From: Veleropilina oligotropha
Lineage: Eukaryota
Assembly: GCA_048128005.1 (NCBI GenBank)
Contig: JBEUKZ010000135.1
Location: 124,001 to 188,000, forward strand
Direction: 5' to 3'
DNA: 64,000 nt
Position numbers and translations under genes: made by a program. This document shows, piece by piece, positions 1 through 12,520 of this stretch. The notes beneath the pieces were generated by a model. That model had not been told where the DNA came from and did not search any database. It saw only the letters and a list, made by a program, of their open reading frames with translations. Every line of letters starts with the position of its first letter. Position 1 is the first letter of the stretch.

Positions 1-3000
1 AGTGAGTGTAGTGAGAATGCCCAATCCTCAGTCTGGCCAAGACGACCTCCTCTCGCCGAGTTGGCCTGTAAGAGGGGCCCCAATCGCCAAGAAGAGGTTG
101 GACATTCTGCAGTTTATTCCTTATGCATTCACTCCAAGAGTGCTCCAAGTAGAATTTATATATTTGTTTATGCTTTGTTTAAAATCTGAGTGTGGTTATT
201 TCCAATTTTGTATATTGTTAAAATGTGAGGCTGCCTTGGCAGCTTGGTCAGCCTTCTCATTGCATTGGATACCGATATGGCTCGGTATCCAGCATAAAAT
301 AATGTCATTATCAGGTAAAAGGTTGTTATAGTTTAATAAAATTTCCTGAACAATAACATTTCTATTCATCTCCCTCAGTGCTTGTAAGCTAGAGAGGGAG
401 TCTGAATAGATAATAAAACGCCGTTTAGTACATGTAGAGATAAAATTAAGAGCAAGCTCGATTGCTTTTAGTTCTGCAGTATATATAGTCGCGCTGCCTG
501 GCAGACGGTTTTGAAAACATTGTCTGCCAGTGACAGCGGCTGCTCCTACTAATTCTGCATCTTTTGAACCATCTGTACATTTGCACGATCTGAATATTTT
601 AATTTCAGATCGTGCACTTTTATGAGATAATCTGATGTGTCTGTGTTTGATTTTTTTAGTGATGTAAGTTGTAGATCAATTACCGGTACTTTCAGTGTCC
701 ATGGTGGAGTATCCGGAATGTAATTTGTTTTAATTTGATCTATATTTATGTTTGACTTTTCTAGTGCTGGTTTTATGCGAATGCCTAATGGTGCAATTTT
801 GTTTGGTTTTGCCTGAAACAGAATTTCGTAGTTAGGTGTAAATACAGTTTCGAAAGCTGGATTAGATGGATTTGATTTTAATTTAATTGCATACTGCAGT
901 GAAAGTTTTGCGCGTCTATGTGTATGTGATGGTTCGTTTGCTTCGACATAAAGGCTTTCCATGGGTGATGTACGGAAAGCCCCTAGTGCCAATCGAAGCC
1001 CTTGATTATGGATTGGATCAAGCATTTTAAGGTAAGAATGGCGAGCAGAGCCATATACAATGCTCTCGTAATCAAGTTTTGATCTAATTAAGGATATATA
1101 TAATCGGAGTAAAACTTTTTTATCAGCACCCCATTCAGTATTAGAAACTACTTTCATTAAATTTAAAGCTTTCTGACATTTAGCTTTAATATATTTGATA
1201 TGAGGTATGAAAGTCAGTTTGCGGTCAAATATAAGGCCTAAAAATTTAAATTGGTCCACCACTGGAATCTCAAAGTCATCCAGTTTCAGCACAGGGTCGT
1301 CGTGTATTTCACGACGCTGGCAAAAGTGCATGCATTTAGTTTTGTCCTTTGATAATTTAAATCCATTCTCATCGGACCATATCTGTAATTTATTTAGGCC
1401 ATGTTGTAACTGGCGTTCTATACTGTTCATATTTGTTGAACGATAGCAAATGCCAAAATCGTCAACAAATAATGAACAGTCAGTGCCAGTACTAATACAT
1501 TTGACAATACTGTTTATTTTAATACTGAATAGGGTGACTGATAAAATACTTCCTTGAGGGACACCCATCTCCTGGTCGTGGAGGTCGGAGAGGGTGTCAC
1601 CCACATTGACTTTAAAAATTCGGTCCTCAAGGAATTTTGAGATAAAAGTGGACAAGTTGCCCTTTAAGCCAAAATCAAACAAATCTTTCATAATCCCGTA
1701 CTTCCATGTAGTATCGTAGGCCTTCTCTAGATCGAAAAAAACAGCAACTAAGTGTTGTCTGTTTAAGAAGGCCTCACGAACAAAAGTTTCCAGACGTACC
1801 AAATGATCAATTGTGCTCCGGTTCCTACGGAATCCACTTTGATATTCTGTTAATAAATTATTGGATTCAAGATACCAAACTAATCTCTCGTTTATCATCC
1901 GTTCCATGGTTTTACAAATACAACTCGTCAGAGCTATAGGTCGATAACTGTTTGCATGCGATGGATCTTTCCCTGCCTTGGGAACTGGAATAACGGTAGC
2001 TTCCCTCCATGCGGATGGGAAGATTCCAGTTTCCCAAATGGTATTGAATAATGCAAGGAGAGTTGCAAGTGATGTTTCAGGTAAGTGCTTTAGTAACTGA
2101 TATTGTATATCATCAGGACCAGCTGATGTGTCATGTGCCTTGTTTAGTGAATCTGTGAGTTCTTTGCGTGTAAATGGTTGATTGTATGATTCAGAATTGT
2201 TAGATCTAAAGTTTAGCCTTGTTTTTTTCCTTTTGATGTTTGAAACGGGTAAATTTTGGTGTACAGTTATCGGATGATGAATTGGCAGAAAATGTATCTG
2301 CCAAAGTATTTGCAATGTCTTTAGCTGAGGTTGCTTCTGAGGTGTTTGTTTTAATGTGCTTGATGCAGTTAGGTATATGTTTGCCGCTGATTTTACGGAT
2401 CATATCCCATGTCTTTTTAATAGTGGAACGAGAGTTTAGTTTGGTAACATAGGAATGCCAGGATTCCCTTTTGCTTTGCTTGATGGTACGTCTGGCTTTT
2501 GCCCTTAGTAGCCTATAGCTATTAAGGTTTTGTAATGTTGGGTTGTGTTTAAATGTTGAAATTGCATGTATGCGTGTTTTTATTGCTTGCCTGCAGTCTT
2601 CATTAAACCAAGGTTTACTTTTGTGTTTTGCATTTGGACAGGTCTTTGGAATTGAGAGTGTTGCAATGTCATGTAATGTCGTAGAGAAACTTGATATTGG
2701 GTCATCGTCATTAGTGAAGTTGTTTGAGTGTAATTGGTCTTCGCAAAGAGATTGGAATATTGGCCAATCAGCTTTGTAAAGTTTACACCTTTCAGTGTAT
2801 GTTTGTGCTTGGTTAATTGTGCTTTCCAGGAAAATTGGAAAGTGGTCGCTTCCGCGGAGGTCCTCACCAACTTTCCAAGTAAAGTCCAGGAAAACAGATG
2901 GGTCGCACATGGTAAGGTCAATGGTGGTAAGTGAGCCTGTAGGTGGATGCATGTATGTTGGCGATTTGGTAGTATTAAATAAACACAGATTGTGTTTCCC

Positions 3001-3182
3001 AATAAAGTCCTCTATTTGATGTCCCCGTTTATCTGTATCAGTACCGCCCCAATCCGTACTGTGGGCGTTAAAATCGCCACACAATATAAATGGGGTCGGT
3101 AGCTGATTGATGAGATTGTCAAGGTCAGTAGGTCGTAAGTTTGTACTAGGTGGTAAGTATACCGAGCAGATAGTTATTACTC
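1..3182 (-). mobile_element. I-group (Nimb-like) LINE copy A, 5'-truncated and disabled; 3' end runs off the window
   Basis: ORF 2206-3084 carries APE motifs (GDFNAH, SDHFPI). ORF 549-2315 carries RT motifs (YRPIALTS, DLEKAYD, GVPQGS, FVDD). RNase H sequence follows downstream, broken by frameshifts. It matches 30228-33409 and stops abruptly at 3182. Confidence 0.93.
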
Positions 3183-3753
3183 ATAAACATAAAATATGTA
3201 TGTATAATTGCGCGCTTATTGTGATCGCAACATGCATTGCATTAATATTTCACGTCATGGCTTTTAATAATGCCAACAATCATTCGCCGCTAAGCATTCG
3301 GTAATCTCCGGTAAACTCCATATTTATTGTATTACTAAGCTATACGATTCCATTAGCATTATGCATTCGAGCTGTCATATATCATAAACAGTAACATCGG
3401 CCACGTATAACTGTTACATTATGTAATTGTATGTATATTCGTTTTTATATGTGCGCAAACATTTTTTTATTTATTGGTAATGCATTTCATTAATATTTCA
3501 AATAATGGCTCTTAATAACGCAACCATGCATTCGGTAATCTCCGGCAAACTCCGTTTGTGATTCTATCAATATTGTGCATGCGAGCTGGGGTGAATATAT
3601 CTTAATATATCTCATTGTTCATTGTGGCATTTAGGCATGCAATAAATCAATGACTACGATTGATCAATGCATTAATGTTATGTGAATATTATTTACCTAT
3701 AGATAATGTAGAAATACTTCGTCACAATATTTGCCTTTTTACAGAATCGATAA

Positions 3754-3929
3754 ATGGAATACATGCGACATTGCGAGGCTTCCGGGATTCGCGAGTTCAT
3801 AAGTGTTGATGAATTGCTCCGCGAGCATCCGCCGCGGAATGGCCACTTCACGGTGGGACAAGTGATCGAAATAGTAGAAAAGTTGGGCGCAACAGTTATT
3901 GGCGACATCGGATTACTGGAGAGAAACGA
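3754..3929 (+). pseudogene. 5' half of an unknown ORF/exon split by the LINE B insertion
   Basis: The reading frame runs through the TSD gagagaaacga (E-R-N) and resumes in frame at 10041. An acceptor-like ttttacag lies just upstream (~3737-3744). Confidence 0.6.
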
Positions 3930-4278
3930 TTGTATTGAATTGAATTGATGTTTAACGACCACGCCGACACTATAATGGTCATAATCGGGTCGGTCAAGTT
4001 AATTATATAATAGTTTAATATAAAAAGATAAAAGTTGTGATACATATTTAATAATAAAATATCAATAAAAATAAAACAGATGTGAAGAATAATAAAAACG
4101 AATCAATATATTTACAAGTAAAATAGGCAATGCAAATTTGGATAAAAGCAAATCAATAAAAGGGAACATAACATGGTATATTTACAGGTTAAAACGATAT
4201 AAATATGCAAAGCAATAAAATAAAAAACAAGTATAATAATAAAAACAAGATATCAAATTTGTGAAACAAAATAAAAAA

Positions 4279-7200
4279 TTATAACTTGTAAAAAATATTT
4301 ACTTGTTTTAAAAACTCAAATATGCATTCAAGCTTAGTGAATTTAAATAACTCTTGGAGCGAGTTTGCCCTAAAGTGCTTTTGGCGTGCGAGATCCAAAT
4401 CGACACAATCCAATAATATATGTTTAACTGTTAGGGCAGTTGCACAAGGAATACACTCAGGTGGAGGCTCCCCTTTAAGCAAGTAGGAGTGAGTGTAGTG
4501 AGAATGCCCAATTCTCAGTCTGGCCAAGACGACCTCCTCTCGCCGAGATGGCCTGCAAGAGGGTACCCAGTCCCAAGAAGAGGTTGGACATTCTGCAGTT
4601 TATTCCTTGTGCATTCACTCCAAGAGTGCTGCCAAGTAGAATTTATATATTTGTTTATGCTTTGTTTAAAATCAGTGTGAGGCAATTTGCAATTTATTGT
4701 GTGGTTAAAATGCGAGGCTGCCTTGGCAGCTTGGTCAGCCTTCTCATTGCCTTGGATACCGATATGGCTCGGTATCCAGCATAAAACAATGTCATTGTCA
4801 GGTAAAAGGTTGTTATAGTTTAATAAAATTTCCTGAACAATAACATTTCTATTCATCTCCCTCAGTGCTTGTAAGCTAGAGAGGGAGTCTGAATAGATAA
4901 TAAAACGCCGTTTAGTACTTGTAGAGATAAAATTAAGAGCAAGCTCGATTGCTTTTAGTTCTGCAGTATATATAGTCGCGCTGCCTGGCAGACGGTTTTG
5001 AAAACATTGTCTGCCAGTGACAGCGGCTGCTCCTACTAATTCTGCATCTTTTGAACCATCTGTGTATATGCTTGCACGATCTGATTATTTTAATTTCAGA
5101 TCGTGCACTTTTGTGAGATAATCTGATGTGTCTGTGTTTGATTTTTTGAGTGATGTAAGTTGTAGATCAATTACCGGTACTTTTAGTGTCCATGGTGGAG
5201 TATCCGGAATGTGATTTGTTTTAATTTGACCTACATGTATGCCTGCGTTTTCTAGTGCTGGTTTGATGCGGATGCCAAATGGTGCAATTTTGTTTGGTTT
5301 TGCCTGAAACAGAATTTCGTAGTTAGGTGTAAATACAGTTTCAAAAGCTGGATTAGATGGATTTGATTTTAATTTAATTGCATACTGCAGTGAAAGTTTT
5401 TCGCGTCTATGTGTAAGTGATGGTTCGTTTGCTTCGACATAAAGGCTTTCCATGGGTGATGTACGGAAAGCCCCTAGTGCCAATCGAAGCCCTTGATTAT
5501 GGATTGGATCAAGCATTTTAAGGTAAGAATGGCGAGCAGAGCCATATACAATGCTCCCGTAATCAAGTTTTGATCTAATTAAGGATCTATATAATCGGAG
5601 TAAAACTTTTTTATCAGCACCCCATTCAGTATTAGAAACTACTTTCATTAAATTTAAAGCTTTCTGACATTTAGCTTTAATATATTTGATATGAGGTATG
5701 AAAGTCAGTTTGCGGTCAAATATAAGGCCTAAAAATTTAAATTGGTCCACCACTGGAATCTCAAAGTCATCCAGTTTCAGCACAGGGTCGTCGTGTATTT
5801 CACGACGCTGGCAAAAGTGCATGCATTTAGTTTTGTCCTTTGAGAATTTAAATCCATTCTCATCGGACCATATCTGTAATTTATTTAGTCCATGTTGTAA
5901 CTGGCGTTCTATACTGTTCATATTTGTTGAACGATAGCAAATGCCAAAATCGTCAACAAATAATGAACAGTCAGTGCCAGTACTAATACATTTGACAATA
6001 CTGTTTATTCTAATACTGAATAGGGTGACTGATAAAATACTTCCTTGGGGGACACCCATCTCCTGGTCGTGAAGGTCGGAGAGGGTGTCACCCACCTTGA
6101 CTTTAAAAATTCGGTCCTCAAGGAATTTTGAGATAAAAGTGGGCAAGTTGCCCTTTAAGCCAAAATCAAACAAATCTTTCATAATCCCGTACTTCCATGT
6201 AGTATCGTAGGCCTTCTCTAGATCGCAAAAAACAGCAACTAAGTGTTGTCTGTTTAAGAATGCCTCACGAACAAAAGTTTCCAGACGTACCAAATGATCA
6301 ATTGTGCTCCGGTTCCTACGGAATCCACTTTGATATTCTGTTAATAAATTATTGGATTCAAGATACCAAACTAATCTCTCGTTTATCATCCGTTCCATGG
6401 TTTTACAAATACAACTCGTCAGAGCTATAGGTCGATAACTGTTTGCATGCGATGGATCTTTCCCTGCCTTGGGAACTGGAATAACGGTAGCTTCCCTCCA
6501 TGCGGATGGGAAGATTCCAGTTTCCCAAATGGTATTGAATAATGCAAGGAGAGTTGCAAGTGATGTTTCAGGTAAGTGCTTTAGTAACTGATAGTGTATA
6601 TCATCAGGACCAGCTGATGTGTCATGTGCCTTGTTTAGTGAATCTGTGAGTTCTTTGCGTGTAAATGGTTGATTGTATGATTCAGAATTGTTAGATCTAA
6701 AGTTTAGCCTTGTTTTTTCCTTTTGATGTTTGAAACGGGTAAATTTTGGTGTACAGTTATCGGATGATGAATTGGCAGAAAATGTATCTGCCAAAGTATT
6801 TGCAATGTCTTTAGTTGAGGTTGCTTCTGAGGTGTTTGTTTTAATGTGCTTGATGCAGTTGGGTATATGTTTGCCGCTGATTTTACGGATCATATCCCAT
6901 GTCTTTTTAATAGTGGAACGAGAGTTTAGTTTGGTAACGTAGGAATGCCAGGATTCCCTTTTGCTGTGCTTGATGGTACGTCTGGCTTGTGCTCTTAATA
7001 GCCTAAAGCTATTCAGATTTTGTAGTGTTGGGTGCTGTTTAAATGTTGAAATTGCATGTATGCGTGCTTTGATTGCTTGTCTGCAGTCTTCATTAAACCA
7101 AGGTTTACTTTTGTGTTTTGCATTTGGACAGGTCTTTGGAATTGAGAGTGTTGCAATGTCATGTAATGTCGTAGACAAACTTGATATTGGGTCATCGCCA

Positions 7201-7961
7201 TTAGTAAAGTTGTTTGAGTGTAATTGGTCTTCGCAAAGTGATTGGAATCTTGGCCAATCAGCTTTGTAAAGTTTCCACCTTTCAGTGTATGTTTGTGCTT
7301 GGTTAATTGTGCTTTCCAGAAAAATTGGAAAGTGGTCGCTTCCGCGGAGGTCCTCACCAACTTTCCAAGTAAAGTCCAGGAAAGCAGATGGGTCGCACAT
7401 GGTAAGGTCAATGGTGGTAAGTGAGCCTGTAGGTGGATGCATGTATGTTGGCGATTTGGTAGTATTAAATAAACACAGATTGTGTTTCCCAATAAAGTCC
7501 TCTATTTGATGTCCCCGTTTATCTGTATCAGTACCGCCCCAATCCGTACTGTGGGCGTTAAAATCACCACACAATATAAATGGGGTCGGTAGCTGATTGA
7601 TGAGATTGTCAAGGTCAGTAGGTCGTAAGTTTGTACTAGGTGGTAAGTATACCGAGCAGATAGTTATTACTCGGTGAGTCGATATTTTCACTGCTACTGC
7701 CTGTAAGTTTGTGTTTAAGTTGACCTGACTGTGTGGTGTTCTATTGTTGACAATGATTGAAACCCCCCCTGTTGCTTTGTCACCCGTGGTGACAATGTGA
7801 TTGTATAGTGAGTGGTCTTTGATATGTATGTTGTCTGTGAGTTTCATGAAGGTTTCATTAAGACATAATGCTGTTGGTTTGTGTTCTTGAATTAATAGAC
7901 TGATCTCATCAATATTAGGTTTAATGCCTCTACAATTCCATTGTATTATTGTGCCTGACAT
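4279..7961 (-). pseudogene. LINE B ORF2: APE endonuclease - RT - RNase H - CCHC; premature stop at ~5085 and frameshift near 4560
   Basis: 958-aa open segment (IIQWNCRG, GDFNAH, SDH, GVPQGS, FVDD), then YTDGSK...WIPSHIGIQGNEKAD (RNase H) and CIPC...H...C in downstream frames. Confidence 0.92.
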
Positions 7962-8019
7962 GTTGGTTTAATGGTGTGTGTATTAAGATATTTGTTTGTA
8001 ATGTTATGTTAAAATTTGC

Positions 8020-9505
8020 CTATTTATTCGGTGGAAGTACGGGCTTGATGGGAGGTTTTGGCTTGTGCGGGCGATCCAATGGCTGATCGCTTTCCATTGG
8101 ATCGTTGGCAGGAGGAAGCGGCCCAGGTGTTTCGGGGCTCTCCTCCATCTGCCGGTGTAATTTGTCTGCTGCCGCCTTCCCACCCTTCATGGCAGCAGCA
8201 ACAATTTCGGACGCGAGGTCCTCTATAATCGTTTCGGTATTATCAATTTGGTCATCTGATGGTTCGTTAGTATCCATCAGGTGACCAAAGCGATTATGCA
8301 GCTTAATAGGGTCCTCGGACCCTTTGGGCTGTCGGTCTGGCTTTAATGTTGTTGTTTTTTTTAGAGGTTGCTGCCTTGCGAACAGCAGCAGCCTCTTTTT
8401 TAGAGTTGCGAGTAGGTTTGTTTGTTGGTTTGATTGGATTGTTTGATGTTTGAGTTGATTCTGATGATGCTGGTGCTAAATTGTTTCGAGATGGCAAAGT
8501 ACTGAAGAATGCTTCGCCAAATGGCCAGGTAATGTCAGTTTGTGTCGAAGAGGATCGAGTGACTGGCTTTTGCTCCGGTGCTGCAACAATTGCAGCATAG
8601 GATCTGCCCGAAGTAGTGCGGGATTCCACCAGTTTCCTGGCATCCGGGAAAGAGATCCGGTCGATAGTCTTGACCCTCTGGATCTCTTTCTCGTGTTTCC
8701 ACTTCGGACAGTCCTTGGAGTAAGCGCAATGCTTACCCCTGCAGTTACAGCATAGGGGTGGCTTGGAGCACGAGTCAGACTCGTGACCCTCTTCGCTACA
8801 TCGAGCACATGCGGGATTTCTTCTGCATCGGTCCTTATGATGCCCAAATGCCTGGCATTTGAAGCATCTCAAGGGATTAGGAATGTAGGGCTCTACAGGG
8901 ATGTTGATGTATCCAGCTTTCACAGACTTAGGAAGTACTGGAAGGCGGAAGTCCAAGATGATGGTGTTGATGGGGACCTTTTTCCCGTCCTTGAACATGG
9001 TCAGGCGTGTAACCTTCGTCACACCCTGACTCATCATGCCTTCCAGCAGTTCGGGTTCGCTGCATCCCTGCAGGTCCCTTGATCTAATAACTCCCTTGGA
9101 GCTGTTTAAGGATCGATGTGGTCTGATTTCGACAGGTATATTGACAAATTTGTCGGTTCTCAGAAGATTCTCCGCATGGCTCTTCCTGGCGCATTCCACC
9201 AGTAGTGTGCCATCTCGAAGTTTCTTGACGGATCGAGGTTCGCCTGCAAGGCCGAGGATGGCCTTGGAGATAGCGAACGGACTCAGTGAAGTAATTGGGG
9301 TTGTTGAGTTTAGGGCCTCGATCGTCAAGAAACGTGGCCAGCTTTCCGGTACAGGGGGTGGAGGGTCAGGCCTATATTCGACCTCCCTCTCAGGATCGAA
9401 TGGGATTGACCGGATAGCGGCCATGAATTTAGCATCATCATCGTCAGAATCAATATCAATTAATTTATTTTTTCGCCTCTTAATAGCGTGAGTGTGGTGT
9501 GCCAT
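8020..9505 (-). pseudogene. LINE B ORF1, gag-like nucleic-acid-binding protein with three CCHC knuckles; frameshift near 8340-8360
   Basis: CFKCQAFGHHKDRC, CARCSEEGHESDSC and CCNCRGKHCAYSKDC. The C-terminus continues in ORF 8020-8277, as in the intact copy at 33757-35238. Confidence 0.92.
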
Positions 9506-10040
9506 ATTGTGTGTTTTAGTGTTTCATCACCCGAGGTCCCCGCCCACCCCGGAGCCCAACAAGGGGGCATTTAACGGGTGCGGGGTTCCAGCACCCAATG
9601 CCAGGGATACCCGGGTGATATACTCAAATAAGTGAATGAATATTAGTGGTGGGAAGTGTATATCCCACCATTCATTCCTCACTTGATTGACCCTTCAGCC
9701 ACCGCCTTCTGGGATATAGATCAATGTATGTTAAGCGATCTATGATATGACATGTTTTTAAAATGTAAAATTTAAATGATGTTATGTTAAAATTAGATTA
9801 TCCCAGGGCACGGCGTGACAAGCCGATTGATCAGATAGGGCCTATCTGACCTCCCGTCTAGCTGAATCCGAGGCCAAAGTAGTGTGTTGCTTCAGCCGAG
9901 GCCGAAGCTCAACTACCAGGATCCTCTTCTCCAACATCACGGGTCGCCACCCACGGCAAACAGGTGGCTCCCATTTGGGGGGATCTTACCCCTCTGCAGG
10001 GAGAGCAGTCGGCATATTCTAACCCCTAACCGACTGGGGG

Positions 10041-10397
10041 GAGAGAAACGAGCCAACCCCCGAAGTGAACGAGCATGAAATCGACGAAATGCCAATAATG
10101 ACAAGACGCAGACGTGTGCGCCGATTGCGAAACTTGCCAACGACGCATGCGTACACGCAGACGCATTCGCCGACGCCTCCACCACGTTCGCCGACGCCTT
10201 CGCCACGTTCGCCGATGCCTTCGCCACGTTCGCCGACGCCTCCACCACGTTCGCCGACTCCTCCGCCACCGTCGTCACCACCGCAAAAGAGGCGTAGGCT
10301 GAATTTCGACGAACTGGCAGACGAAATGGGCCTTCCAGTGTATCTGCCGGTTATTGTCAGAAGAAGACGAAAACTGCCCGATAAGGTAGGGCGTTGA
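10041..10397 (+). pseudogene. 3' half of the LINE-split ORF; Pro/Ser/Arg-rich with basic clusters
   Basis: In frame with 3754-3929 across the TSD. Contains SPTPPPR-type heptads, RRRRVRR, KRRR and RRRRK. Confidence 0.6.
10166..10270 (+). repeat. 21-bp tandem repeat, about 5 units (ttcgccgacgcctccaccacg), encoding SPTPPPR-like heptads
   Basis: Read directly from the sequence. Confidence 0.9.
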
Positions 10398-10476
10398 TAA
10401 ATATTCCAATTACATTGCATCATGTCCGCAAACCGCCAGTGTGATTGATATGATATAAGTGTAGCTTCATTATATA

Positions 10477-10479
<3 letters not shown>

Positions 10480-10544
<65 letters not shown>
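10480..10544. repeat. (TA)n microsatellite
   Basis: About 32 uninterrupted TA units. Confidence 0.98.
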
Positions 10545-10546
<2 letters not shown>

Positions 10547-11094
10547 CACACAAAAAAAAAACTATTTATGTCCGTTGTATATATGTTCATTAATATTTTT
10601 CCATACTATTTGACGGTCGATCATATGGTAGTGCACACATAGTATAGCAATTGAGAGTAATAGATTACATGGAAAGTATCGATACTCAATGTCCTGTATA
10701 TTTCCAACCATCATTTGGTTCAAATCAGGACATGTCTGTATTATCGCGGGTGTAAAGTTCGGTCGCCTGGTGTAAACCCGCCATCTTCGACCAGTCAGGG
10801 GTTAGGGTTAGGCTTCCCTAAAAAGGTAGTCTTAAGCTTTGACTTAAAGTTGTTGATATTGTTCAGAGTCCTGATTTCCAATGTAATCTTGTTCCAGAGC
10901 ACTGGTCCAGCAACTTAAACGAGCGATCACCAAATGATGATATCTTGATGTCGGCACAGGATATGTCTGTCTGAAAAAACTCAACAAAAAAATATTATGT
11001 TTATTATTATTATGGCTTATTTCATGCATAGTATCTATCATTGATGTCTCTCCTGTATATTCTTGTGTACATTGTACTGTAATATTAGTTATAG

Positions 11095-11410
11095 TTTGTA
11101 CTGTGCTTAGAGCTACACTAGAATAGGCGCAATATAAATGTATTAAATAATAATAATAATGTACTGTGGGGCAGAGTTGTTCAGGCACCGGAAGCCAGTG
11201 AAGTTTCACAAGGACAGGTGTTATGCACTCACTTATGTTTGACCATCCAATATTATGGACATATTCTACCATTGCTCACACATTAGTTCAAGTTATGAAT
11301 CACAATTGTTAGTGTGTAAACTTTTGCATCAGTGAATGTGCAAGCGCTGCTGAGCAGTTTTCTGGAAATGGCGCTTTATAAGTATTTCCATTATTTATTA
11401 TTATTATATC
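11095..11410. mobile_element. Small L2-clade LINE remnants: two plus-strand 3' tails and a minus-strand ITPVLVKLHWLPV fragment
   Basis: Tails of the form gcgc...tataaat...(aat)n/(att)n. The peptide ITPVLVKLHWLPVPEQ resembles the L2 ORF2 C-terminal region. Confidence 0.55.
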
Positions 11411-11732
11411 ATAACAAATGAGCGTAATAAATATTATTATATGTGTGTATGTGTTGCCTGTGACTGAGTGAGCATTGGCGGAATATTTCAACAGAATCCA
11501 GACAGCCAAATCGATATTTCAGTAGCGATAGGTATGCTTGTTTATATGCGAGGTGAATGTATGGATGTTTGTCTGCGGCTCTCATTTGGGTGGCCTCCTC
11601 GCGGCGAGAGCTGGTAACGAATTTTTCAAATTGCTAAATTCGGCTAACACCCAACGAAATCCATGTATACAGACAATACTCTTTATTGTCGGGATCGGTC
11701 CTCGATTCGGCTGTACGTGCGCAACGATTCGG

Positions 11733-11772
11733 TAATGATCCTACCTCAGGTTCACCTACGGAAACTTTGTTA
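11733..11772 (-). rRNA. Degenerate fragment of the 18S rRNA 3' terminus (pseudogenic)
   Basis: taatgatcctacctcaggttcacctacggaaactttgtta matches the reverse complement of the universal 18S end TAACAAGGTTTCCGTAGGTGAACCTGCGGAAGGATCATTA at 37 of 40 positions. Confidence 0.85.
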
Positions 11773-12012
11773 AATGTTCGTATGACATAATTGTATCTGC
11801 CGTTGATTTTATATTCTTATGCTACACAGTTGCCCGTTATTAATATATGTGACAGATTGGGGATTCAAGTCTTCGAATAGTTACAGTTATGTGACTAGTA
11901 ATGAATTGAATATAAATTATGATATCACTGATCTTTATGTCATTACATTTGATACTCTATACGAGGTAACAACTGGGGTCAATTTCCGTTAATTAAGTAC
12001 CGTTATCAGTAC

Positions 12013-12520
12013 AATTATTATTATTATTATATACCATATTTATAAAGCGCTCTTTTCATACATAAAAGCACGTTCAAAAGCGCTGTACATCACATATATT
12101 ATATTAATAAACATATTTACACATCGTCATATAAAATAAAGCCTTGAGTAATACAATATTTACTGAAATAAGATTATAACAGTAAAAAAAACAGTTGACT
12201 AGTCAATGGCACAGCGAATATAGAATGGGAATGAGTATATTTAGATACCAAAGTGTAAAGAAAATAAATGAGTCTTTAGTAGAATTTTAAAAGTGTTCAG
12301 AGTGTTTGCTTCCCGAATATTACGGGGCAGGGAATTCCATAATTTGGCGGATGAAAGTTTAAATTGTCGATCGCCATAATACGAAGTTCTAGATCTTGGA
12401 ACAACGAGGGTCAGAGAATCTTCGGATCGCAATGATCTCCTCGGTTGATATACGTTCAGCATGTCTGTGATACATGCCGGTGCTTTGTTATGTAGAGCTC
12501 TGAACGTATGCGTCAGAATC
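12013..12520 (-). mobile_element. 5'-truncated L2-clade LINE: ORF2 C-terminus, 3' UTR and (aat)n tail
   Basis: ORF 12241-12462 reads YQPRRSLRS...GDRQF...AKLWNSLP...FKILLKTHLF. The tail reads gcgctttataaat...aataataat. Confidence 0.8.

Larger units (their letters stand above)
3930..10040 (-). mobile_element. Full-length (~6.1 kb) Nimb-like LINE copy B with 11-12 bp target site duplication
   Basis: TSD gagagaaacga at 3919-3929 and 10041-10051. The 3' tail reads ...ggtcgttaaacatcaattcaattcaa. The 5' leader ccccagtcggttagggg is shared with copies C and E. ORF1 and ORF2 are both present. Confidence 0.95.

Noticed and set aside
10019..10549. 176-aa ORF with YI repeats and Gly-rich repeats
   Set aside because: Produced by the (TA)n microsatellite and the antisense of the 21-bp repeat.
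10798..10812. GGGTTA telomere-like repeats
   Set aside because: Only about two units, and such motifs are common in invertebrate repeats.
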